Part shown: positions 49,174 to 57,536 of the stretch, one piece after another | How positions within the stretch are numbered: position 1 is the first letter of the stretch | Layout: each line of letters opens with the position of its first letter | From: a virus | Lineage: Duplodnaviria; Caudoviricetes | Length of the DNA: 64,000 nucleotides | Strand: one strand, 5' to 3' | Virus record (IMG/VR): IMGVR_UViG_3300031992_000018 | Location: 64,001-128,000 of that record | The notes under the pieces: model-generated | Databases searched by the model: none | Seen by the model: only the letters and a program-made list of their open reading frames with translations | Told to the model about the DNA's origin: nothing | Program-made: the position numbers and the translations under genes

Positions 49174-49560
49174 TTAATCCAAGTGATCAAAAGCTACTGG
49201 TTCACCATTCCAATAATAACAATATGTATATTTATCTAATTTTACATCTCCAAATTTATTTATTCTTGCTCTCTTTTCTTCTGTTTCTTTTGTATCAAAT
49301 TCATCAGGAATTGGAACTGATTTACCAGCTTGACCATTACCAGATACAATTTTATCTTTTAATTTTCTAAAAGTAAATGTTTTACCACTAATTTTAACTA
49401 TTTTATAAAAATCAATTATAATCATACTATAACTAAAATTAGAATAAATAATATCACCTACTTCCCAATTTTCTGGTTTTGATTTATCTCTTTCTTCAAC
49501 AGTTTCAATATCTTTATTAAGATGTAATTTTTCTATTATATATTTATCTAATTGTTTCAT
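49174..49560 (-). CDS. putative head-internal protein, EKLHLNK leader subfamily
   Basis: ATG at 49560: MKQLDKYIIEKLHLNKDIE; mature part VGDI.Y...Y....IDFYK.VK. Confidence 0.7.
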   Translation of the reverse strand: MKQLDKYIIEKLHLNKDIETVEERDKSKPENWEVGDIIYSNFSYSMIIIDFYKIVKISGKTFTFRKLKDKIVSGNGQAGKSVPIPDEFDTKETEEKRARINKFGDVKLDKYTYCYYWNGEPVAFDHLD

Positions 49561-49570
49561 ATTATATATA

Positions 49571-51079
49571 TTAATATTTATGTCCTCCTCTTGCATATTG
49601 AAGTCTCATTTGTTCTTCAATCATTGATTCTGCATCTTCATCAGTAAAATCAGGATCATCATCACAAGCAGTAAATATCTTTGCACAAAGAACAAATGTT
49701 CTTAATGATAATTCCATACTTGATCCTTTTTCATTTAATTCTTTTAAATAATTATAAGCCTTTATTTTTGCTTTAGGCAATAATATTTTATTTTCAATAT
49801 TTGGAAGTAATTTCTTTATAATTGATAAAATCTCATCATTTGAAAAATCAATATCTTGCATAAAACATCTATTTCTTAAAGCTGTATCAAGTTGTCCTGC
49901 ACGATAATTTGTTATAACAATAACACCAGATTTAATTCTACATTTCTTTGGAATTTCTTGACCGTCATCATCAGTAATTTTACCAGCAATTCCATAAGTA
50001 ACAAGTCTTCCTTCTGGAGATGTATCTGAATCAAGAGCTGCTTTAAGAATATTGATACAGTTTTCATCTGCTTGTGGACCTACAAGAGAGTCAGCATCAT
50101 CAATTAAAATAATATCATTACTTTCTCTAAATCCATAAAGAGTAGCATAAAGTCTTCTTGCTGTACATTTGCCTTTTATAGTACAAAGATTTTCTCCTTC
50201 AATATAATTAGATTCTTTAAGTTGTTTCTTTACTCTATATGTTTTACCAACACCAGGAGCTCCACAAAGAATAAGTGCTGGTTGACGACCTTTAATAACT
50301 AAAGAAATATATTTTTCCATTTCTTTAAATATCTGGTCAGGATCTTTTCTATTACTTTGAGCATCTTTAATTTCCTTAGAATCTTCAATTTCAACTCTTT
50401 TACCTTTAGCAATTGATACTTTAATATCTTCTGAACCACCTTCTTTTATATATTTATAAATATCTTTAACATCATTTTCGATATTATTTAAATTAGAGTT
50501 TGAAATTTTACTCTTAGCAATAAATGATTCATGAATTAAATCTTTATCAATTTTAGAAAAAATATAATTTAATTTACCAATATTATATTTAGATTCTTTT
50601 AAATTATCTTCTTTATTAGATAATTTTTTAACATCTTCTTCACTAATAGAATATTTTTTAGAATTTACTATTGTCCATACTACTGGTAATAATTTAGCTA
50701 TATTTGTACCTAAAGTATAAATAGATAAATCTGCTTTTCCTTTACCAGACCAATATACATCTAAATCTTTAAAAAAGTCTATAGAATATACATCTACAGA
50801 ATCATTATCATTAATCCAATTAAATTGAAAAAATGAAGTTTTAGCATAATCTGATTTATCAATAACAATAAATTGTTTTGATGTACATTTTTCACCATCA
50901 ATTGTAGTATCTACAAAACCAATAAGAGGAACAAGACCATTGATATGCTTCTTTAAAATTGATTCAATTTTTTCAATAGCCGCATCAATATCTTTTTCTC
51001 TAAATGATTCATTTAATTTTTCTTTATTTTGTATATCTTGATTACGCTTATTTACGAATTCTAAAAAATTATATCTCAT
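49571..51079 (-). CDS. AAA+ ATPase with N-terminal extension
   Basis: Walker A GAPGVGKT, Walker B ILIDDAD, ITN, ALRNR arginine finger; leader MRYNFLEFVN...LNES. Confidence 0.85.
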   Translation of the reverse strand: MRYNFLEFVNKRNQDIQNKEKLNESFREKDIDAAIEKIESILKKHINGLVPLIGFVDTTIDGEKCTSKQFIVIDKSDYAKTSFFQFNWINDNDSVDVYSIDFFKDLDVYWSGKGKADLSIYTLGTNIAKLLPVVWTIVNSKKYSISEEDVKKLSNKEDNLKESKYNIGKLNYIFSKIDKDLIHESFIAKSKISNSNLNNIENDVKDIYKYIKEGGSEDIKVSIAKGKRVEIEDSKEIKDAQSNRKDPDQIFKEMEKYISLVIKGRQPALILCGAPGVGKTYRVKKQLKESNYIEGENLCTIKGKCTARRLYATLYGFRESNDIILIDDADSLVGPQADENCINILKAALDSDTSPEGRLVTYGIAGKITDDDGQEIPKKCRIKSGVIVITNYRAGQLDTALRNRCFMQDIDFSNDEILSIIKKLLPNIENKILLPKAKIKAYNYLKELNEKGSSMELSLRTFVLCAKIFTACDDDPDFTDEDAESMIEEQMRLQYARGGHKY

Positions 51080-51115
51080 AAATTATAATATTAATTATAT
51101 ATAAAAATAAAATTA

Positions 51116-52810
51116 TTAAATCCATATAATTGTTATAGGATCTATCTTTATAAATGAATTTTTATTTGGTTTATCTGTATAATAGTTAAATCCTCCTCCA
51201 AGTATTGGAATTTCTAATTTTGAATTTAATGATATATTTCCATAATTGTCAAGTCCTGGATTTGTATCACTTTCATAATATATCTTTTTATTTACTAAGT
51301 TATATTGACCATTTATATATTCAAAATTAGAAGTATAATAAAATCCTCTATAAAATGTTTCTTCACTAAGTTCTGATATTATATCTATATCAAATGATTC
51401 AATATCATCATGACAAAGAGAACCAATATTAATTAAATCACTCTTAGCAATAAATTTTGAATCCTCTTTCAAATTCATAAAATAATTACCTAATACAGAT
51501 TTTATAGAATCTTCAATATCTTGTTTAGAATATTGTGATTTTGTTTTAACATAACACATAATAGCAAATCTTCTAATTTCAGGATCTTGGAATTTAAGTG
51601 TTATACCAGCAAATGATTTATTTGAATTCTTAAGAGTATTTTGAATCATTAATTTTTGGTCATTTGTAATTAAAATACCTTGATTATTATTTGCTTTATT
51701 AGTTAATTTATAGTATTCATCTATAGAAGATATATTATTTATTATATTAGATATACATGTAGCATATATAGTCATACTATTTTCTTCACTCCAACAATTT
51801 ACATATCCAACAAATGAGAATCTTTTAAAGAATAATTTAAAGTTTTGTTCAGAAGCAATGACATTACTTCTAGAATTATATCCAATCATATTTCTTACAA
51901 AATCAATTGAATCAGAATTTGTACCACCAGAAATTACTGTATTAAGATTAAGTAATAAATAGTCATCTAAGTTAACTGTATTTCCTTCTGAATCATATCC
52001 ATTATCAACAAATGAAAATTTAGGATTATCACCATATAAAATATTTCCTATAGTTCCTGAATGTGATAAATATAATATTTGTACTACATCACCAGGATTT
52101 GGAATTTTACCATATATACCATTACCAAATATTATATCAAATGTATTTTCATATCCAACAGTAAGAACATATTCTTTACTGTCTTTTGACATATCATATA
52201 AACTTGAAACAGGTTCCCATTCTTCTCCATTTACAAATACTCTTATATAATCTCTGTCAAAAAGACCAGATGATTCAATAGATATTCTTTCAAGAGGTTC
52301 ACCAATACAACCATATTGATAATTATTCCATGTTCCTTGTACAATTTTAAATTCATGAGATGTAAGTGGTTGCTTTGTATAAATTATATATCTATTTGAA
52401 TTCAATATAACAACATAGTTTACACCAGTATTCTTATTGATTATTCTTGTATAATTATTAATATAAATTTTATCAATATCAAGATATGAACCATTATTCA
52501 TTATAACTTTACCAATAATACTTCCACTTGCAGCTGATCCATAATATGGTTCATAACCACTGATTTTAGCTAATGAATAAATACTTTTTCTTCTTGTAGC
52601 AGTTCTGACATTTTGTTCTGTAAGAGCATCTTCAATATAGAACATAGCATTTTGCATGATACCTTTAATACCATCAAAGATAACACCAAAAATTTGGTTA
52701 TGAGTATATTGATAACCAATTGAATTAAATGTTTTTGAAAGATATAGTCTTACTGTTTCATCAAACTGATCATAAGCAGTTTGCATTACTGAAAATAATT
52801 TATTAGCCAT
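51116..52810 (-). CDS. baseplate wedge protein, T4 gp6-like
   Basis: TA.RRKSIYSLAKISGYEP, VQG, IRVFVNGEEW, IIFGNGIYGKIP..G..V...YL...G..GN, GG...DSI. Confidence 0.85.
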   Translation of the reverse strand: MANKLFSVMQTAYDQFDETVRLYLSKTFNSIGYQYTHNQIFGVIFDGIKGIMQNAMFYIEDALTEQNVRTATRRKSIYSLAKISGYEPYYGSAASGSIIGKVIMNNGSYLDIDKIYINNYTRIINKNTGVNYVVILNSNRYIIYTKQPLTSHEFKIVQGTWNNYQYGCIGEPLERISIESSGLFDRDYIRVFVNGEEWEPVSSLYDMSKDSKEYVLTVGYENTFDIIFGNGIYGKIPNPGDVVQILYLSHSGTIGNILYGDNPKFSFVDNGYDSEGNTVNLDDYLLLNLNTVISGGTNSDSIDFVRNMIGYNSRSNVIASEQNFKLFFKRFSFVGYVNCWSEENSMTIYATCISNIINNISSIDEYYKLTNKANNNQGILITNDQKLMIQNTLKNSNKSFAGITLKFQDPEIRRFAIMCYVKTKSQYSKQDIEDSIKSVLGNYFMNLKEDSKFIAKSDLINIGSLCHDDIESFDIDIISELSEETFYRGFYYTSNFEYINGQYNLVNKKIYYESDTNPGLDNYGNISLNSKLEIPILGGGFNYYTDKPNKNSFIKIDPITIIWI

Positions 52811-52816
52811 ATTATA

Positions 52817-53170
52817 TTATTGATATTGATATTCTCTTATTTTTGTTTCTCCAGATTCTTTATCTACTAAAGCAATCTTTATTAAATAAATACTTCTATA
52901 ATCACCTTGAAGAAATGTAGCATTTACATAATATTCCATCTTAGATGCATAATATGTAAGTGTATCTATTTTTTCTCTTATATATTTTTCAATTTCAGAT
53001 GTAGTTGGAGTAAGTGTCCATAAAAATGATTCAAATTCTGTACCATATTGTGGATATCCAATTAATTGTGTATTTTCTGTATTAAGAAGCATATCTATTT
53101 CTTGAAGTGCACAATCTACTTCATTATCTAAAAATACTCTTCCATCTAAAGCTAAATCTAACATAATCAA
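52817..53170 (-). CDS. baseplate protein, T4 gp25-like
   Basis: QEIDMLLNT......G.P.YG......LW; adjacent to the gp6-like gene. Confidence 0.7.
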   Translation of the reverse strand: MIMLDLALDGRVFLDNEVDCALQEIDMLLNTENTQLIGYPQYGTEFESFLWTLTPTTSEIEKYIREKIDTLTYYASKMEYYVNATFLQGDYRSIYLIKIALVDKESGETKIREYQYQ

Positions 53171-53172
53171 AA

Positions 53173-54996
53173 TTAATTTATATTATAATTTCCATCAGAA
53201 ATATAATCATTGTTTTCATTTACAATGGTATATTTTCCATATAAATTGTTTATATCTGATGAATTTATTGAAAAAATTACATATATATCATTTCTTCCTA
53301 TTTCAATATATTCTTGTTGTTCAATAATCAATTTAAATGTTTCTACTTTTGATAAATATTCACTTAAATCAATACCAATATTCTGAGTAAATCCATTTCT
53401 TAAACTGATATTTTGTAATTCAGATGTTTTATAAAATATTGGTTTATATATTACTCTTGGAGTACTTGATTTTTTAATACTTATATTATTATCATTTTCT
53501 GATGATTTTAAAATTGAACAATTTATTTTATCAATAAATACAAGATTATCTTTATTTATTTCTGTTACTAACATATTTGTTTTATTGTTTAATTTATATA
53601 TCTTATTAAATGTTAATTTATGTATAGATAAATCATTTATTAAATATTTATACCATTCTTTAGATAATATAACTGGATTAGAACGTATAATATTACAATT
53701 TACTTTATCGATAAATGATATTCTATATACAATTAATTCAGGAATATCATCCCAAGTATCAAAAATATCTGCTAATGGTAACATCATATTATCAATTATA
53801 GAATCATTTAAATTGCTACATGATTTATAAAATACTTCATTAAAATATTTATCTGTACTAAATTCTATTAAAAATCCTGTTTTATTTATATTTTCTAAAT
53901 CTTCACCAAATAAATCATTATCTTCTTCTTTATTATTTTCATAATTTATATATTCATTTTTAGTAATATTATTGAAAAATAAATATGATTCTTCTAAAGT
54001 TTTATTATCATAATCTGGATATGAAAATTCATTTACAATAAAAGGAATTCCATAATATTTATTATATAATGTTTGTGATTCAAACTCTTCTTCTTTTAAA
54101 AATTTTATTTTACTTTTTAAAGAGAATGAAACATTTATATTAAATGTATTAGAGTTTTGTAAATTATCAAGATCTTGAACATACATATTATTACTATCAA
54201 CATCAATATATGGTGTTAATATAATATTCAATGTATTATAAAATTGATTATTGATATAATTTATTTTATTATCAAAAATCTTCTTATAAGATACACTACC
54301 ATTTTCTTTAATATCAGATTCAATACTATATGGATAATATAATAAATAAAATGGTACTAAAGAAGTATATTCATTATCATTATTCTTTAAATTAAATTTT
54401 TCTTGAGTATTTCTATTTATACATTCATTATAATCTTCTATATAAATATCTTTATCATATAAAAGTAATTTTAAACAAGGTATATATAATTCTATATATT
54501 CTGAATATGTTATATTATTTATTACTAATTCAGTATTAGATAATCTTGGATAATTTTTACTTAAATCAACTAAATAATGAAATTTTATATCATTTATATA
54601 ATTTTCAATATCTATTATACTATTTAATGTTGTATAAATAGTTGGTATATATATTCTTATTTTATCACACAATATTTCTGTCTCATTAAAACTTGAATTA
54701 TATATCTTATACTTATTATATTCTATATTATCTCTTTTTATCTTATCATTAAAATTTGATGGATCTGTTGAATATCCAAGAGATGTTCCATTTGGAATAG
54801 GGAAACAAGAAATATTTTTATTTGACTCAGGAATAAAAAATATATCTTTATCTACAAAGATACCAGATATAAAGTTTTGATTTTTTAATATGTAAAACTT
54901 TTCATAATGATGCAAATCATTTTTTAAATCAGTCATCGCATCAAAATAATCAATAATATAAGTATAATTACCTAATATTACTTTTTCTCTTATCAT
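53173..54996 (-). CDS. hypothetical (probable baseplate-region structural) protein
   Basis: 607 aa, co-oriented with gp25/gp6, late motif 32 nt upstream. Confidence 0.55.
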   Translation of the reverse strand: MIREKVILGNYTYIIDYFDAMTDLKNDLHHYEKFYILKNQNFISGIFVDKDIFFIPESNKNISCFPIPNGTSLGYSTDPSNFNDKIKRDNIEYNKYKIYNSSFNETEILCDKIRIYIPTIYTTLNSIIDIENYINDIKFHYLVDLSKNYPRLSNTELVINNITYSEYIELYIPCLKLLLYDKDIYIEDYNECINRNTQEKFNLKNNDNEYTSLVPFYLLYYPYSIESDIKENGSVSYKKIFDNKINYINNQFYNTLNIILTPYIDVDSNNMYVQDLDNLQNSNTFNINVSFSLKSKIKFLKEEEFESQTLYNKYYGIPFIVNEFSYPDYDNKTLEESYLFFNNITKNEYINYENNKEEDNDLFGEDLENINKTGFLIEFSTDKYFNEVFYKSCSNLNDSIIDNMMLPLADIFDTWDDIPELIVYRISFIDKVNCNIIRSNPVILSKEWYKYLINDLSIHKLTFNKIYKLNNKTNMLVTEINKDNLVFIDKINCSILKSSENDNNISIKKSSTPRVIYKPIFYKTSELQNISLRNGFTQNIGIDLSEYLSKVETFKLIIEQQEYIEIGRNDIYVIFSINSSDINNLYGKYTIVNENNDYISDGNYNIN

Positions 54997-55093
54997 AAAT
55001 TTTACATACTTAATTTAATTAAAAATAAAAATCTACTATAAAAGTTTAAAGATTTGAATGTTATTTTTATATATAAATAGATAATACTAAGAA

Positions 55094-55936
55094 ATGAAAA
55101 CATTTTCAAATTACATTGATAATATAAAATTAATTGATGAAATTTGTTCTTATGAATATAGTGATGTAGTTCTTGAAGGAATATTAAAGAAAATAGCTAA
55201 TTGGTTTGGTAATAAATCAAGAAATATATCTAATAAATTAAATAATTTTTATGATGAATTATATTATTTTCCAGATAATGTAATAAAGACATTTAATGGA
55301 ACATTATCAATTGCAGCAGATGAAACTAATGATTCACAAGAAAATAAAGATATTATAAATAACATTATTAATGATAAACCAGAAAATATACCAGAAAAAG
55401 TTATAAATTATCTTAAAGAACATGAAAATGATAAAGATTTTTATAATTCAATACTTATTGCTTCATTATGTGTATTAGGTATAAATGTAGCAAATGAAAA
55501 TAAAGATCAAAAATCAGTAGATACTATAAAATTATATTTTAATAAAATTAGTGATAAAATAAAGGAAGATACTAAAGATATTTTAAAAAAATCTACAAAT
55601 AATCCAGATAATAATGATAATGATAATGATAATAATCCTTCAGAAGATCTTACTAAAAAAGTTGATGATGTAGTACAAAATGTAGTAGATGATAATCCAG
55701 ATATAGATATTAATAAAGAAAAAGAAAGAGAATTAATAGAAACAATAACTTGGATGATTTTTTATAAATATAATAAAAATAATATGAATTCAGACGAAAT
55801 TGAAGATAATGCCAAGAGACTTGCTAATATATTAATAAATGAATTAGAATTAGATGATGATTTAAAACAGAAATTTAATATAACTTCATTAGATGATTTA
55901 AAACAGAAAATTGAAGATTATAAAAACAATAAATAA
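55094..55936 (+). CDS. CTS-like leader protein
   Basis: MKTFSNYIDN...LIDE...VLEGILKKIANWFG; late motif at 55061. Confidence 0.6.
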   Translation: MKTFSNYIDNIKLIDEICSYEYSDVVLEGILKKIANWFGNKSRNISNKLNNFYDELYYFPDNVIKTFNGTLSIAADETNDSQENKDIINNIINDKPENIPEKVINYLKEHENDKDFYNSILIASLCVLGINVANENKDQKSVDTIKLYFNKISDKIKEDTKDILKKSTNNPDNNDNDNDNNPSEDLTKKVDDVVQNVVDDNPDIDINKEKERELIETITWMIFYKYNKNNMNSDEIEDNAKRLANILINELELDDDLKQKFNITSLDDLKQKIEDYKNNK

Positions 55937-55964
55937 AAAGTTGCAATTTTTGCAACTTTTTTTT
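55935..55964 (+). terminator. intrinsic terminator
   Basis: aaaaagttgcaa-ttt-ttgcaactttttt. Confidence 0.8.
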
Positions 55965-56000
55965 GAATTTCTAGAAATACTTACTATATTATTAATGTAA
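55963..56000 (+). promoter_or_regulatory. class I promoter-like motif upstream of an ORF-free region
   Basis: TTGAAT(55963)-N16-TATATT(55985) followed by TGTA. Confidence 0.7.
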
Positions 56001-56390
56001 TTAATTTAGCTCTTTGAATGCCATTAAAAATACCTAAAAACCAATATTGAAATCGAGGTTATCTTGAAATAAGTTTAGCAGATTTCACATTTTTTGGAGG
56101 ATAAACCAATGTAATAGATAAAATATATAATTAATTTTATTCTAATTTATTTAATCTTAAGAGTAAAAACTAACAAAGAGAGTTAAAGTTTTTCAAAACC
56201 TTTTTCAACGCTCTCGCAACAATAATTAAGGCGTAAGGTGTTTAAAAAACGAACAATACAGACTAGTCATCTGATATTGAAGCCTGAGTGACTTGGAAAG
56301 AAAAGATAATATAATATTTAATACGAATTATTTAATTTAATTATGAATATAAAAATGAGCACCTTTGAGTATCAGGTGCTCTTATTTTTT
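55997..56390 (+). ncRNA. candidate large structured non-coding RNA
   Basis: No credible ATG-initiated ORF found by hand; several stems, two potential pseudoknots, 5'/3' pairing; ends in terminator gagcacct...aggtgctc (56357-56381). Confidence 0.55.
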
Positions 56391-56392
56391 AA

Positions 56393-56734
56393 TTATTTAT
56401 TTTTAAATTCTATGTCATGTATATATATTGTTGTAAGATCATCTTCATCAAAGGTTATAAAAAAACTATCTATATAATCATTATCAAAAAATTTCTTTTT
56501 TATCTCTTTAATACAACTATGTAAAAAAGATGATGATTTTTCTTTTTTAAATTTTATATATAACCATTTATCATCATCTATAATAAATGTATAATCATCA
56601 TCTTTATATAAAAATTCTCCATCAAAATAAGATTCTAGATCAAATAATAGTTTATCCATATTATCTGATTTTACATTTATATTTTTATTAAGATGTAATT
56701 TTTCTGTTATATATTGACTTAAATTATTCATCAT
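56393..56734 (-). CDS. putative head-internal protein, EKLHLNK leader subfamily
   Basis: MMNNLSQYITEKLHLNKNIN. Confidence 0.7.
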   Translation of the reverse strand: MMNNLSQYITEKLHLNKNINVKSDNMDKLLFDLESYFDGEFLYKDDDYTFIIDDDKWLYIKFKKEKSSSFLHSCIKEIKKKFFDNDYIDSFFITFDEDDLTTIYIHDIEFKNK

Positions 56735-56798
56735 TAAAATTTTTCTTTATACAATTAAAAATAATTTTATTTTTATTTAATTATATAACACAGTATTT

Positions 56799-57485
56799 AT
56801 GAAAACAATTAATGAATATATTAGATTTTCAGTTAATAATATAAACTATAATATTATTGACGAAGCATTAGCTCTTGAATCAGAAGGATGGACAATGCAA
56901 GATGTTTATGAGACATTATTTATAACTGATATTTATGATAATGATCAATTAAATGAAGGTTGGATTGGTGATAAACTTAGAAAATTAGCTGGTGCGGCTG
57001 ATACTGCAGAAGATAAAGCAAAAGAAACAATAAATAAAACAAAAGAAGGTATTAAAAATGCTAAAGATGCAGTTGTTGCAAAATTTGATGAATGGTCAAA
57101 TGAAGCAAAAGAAGCATTCAATAATTTAAAGAAATGGGCCGGAAGTAAATGGGATAAAGTTAAAAAAGATATAACTGAAATAATTGGAAAAATTGAAGCA
57201 GCATTTAATAAAATAAAAGATACAATAAAAAATATTGTTGTTTCTATTGGTAAACTTAGTAAAGATATTGTTTTAACAACAGTAGGTCTTTTAATTTTAT
57301 TAGTAAAACAAATAATAGCATTGATTGATAAAGGTTCAGATTTAGTTATGAAATTATTTAATGATGCAAAATTATTTGCTGGTAATGCAATATTTAATTT
57401 AGGTGCTGTTGCCGCTAAGAAAGCTGGTTTATCTCAAGAAGAATTAACAAATGTTTTAACTTTAACATTTTCTTATGCAAAATAA
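56799..57485 (+). CDS. CTS-like leader protein, amphipathic helical
   Basis: MKTINEYI...IIDE...LNEGWIGDKLRKLAG; A/K/E-rich helices, hydrophobic C-terminal part. Confidence 0.6.
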   Translation: MKTINEYIRFSVNNINYNIIDEALALESEGWTMQDVYETLFITDIYDNDQLNEGWIGDKLRKLAGAADTAEDKAKETINKTKEGIKNAKDAVVAKFDEWSNEAKEAFNNLKKWAGSKWDKVKKDITEIIGKIEAAFNKIKDTIKNIVVSIGKLSKDIVLTTVGLLILLVKQIIALIDKGSDLVMKLFNDAKLFAGNAIFNLGAVAAKKAGLSQEELTNVLTLTFSYAK

Positions 57486-57503
57486 TTTAAATATTATAAA
57501 TAT

Positions 57504-57536
57504 AAAAAAGAGCTCTTTTTAAAGAGCTCTTTTTTT
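57504..57536. terminator. bidirectional terminator
   Basis: aaaaaagagctcttt-tt-aaagagctctttttt. Confidence 0.85.

Noticed and set aside
55600-55640. gataat microsatellite as a contingency locus
   Set aside because: In-frame, imperfect and encodes an Asn/Asp linker; changes in unit number would not shift the frame.
55997-56390. tmRNA, RNase P RNA or group I intron
   Set aside because: No tRNA-like acceptor/T-arm ends, no GAGGAAAGUC core and no interrupted host gene. A short GCA-initiated frame (ADFTFFGG*) is not a convincing tag.
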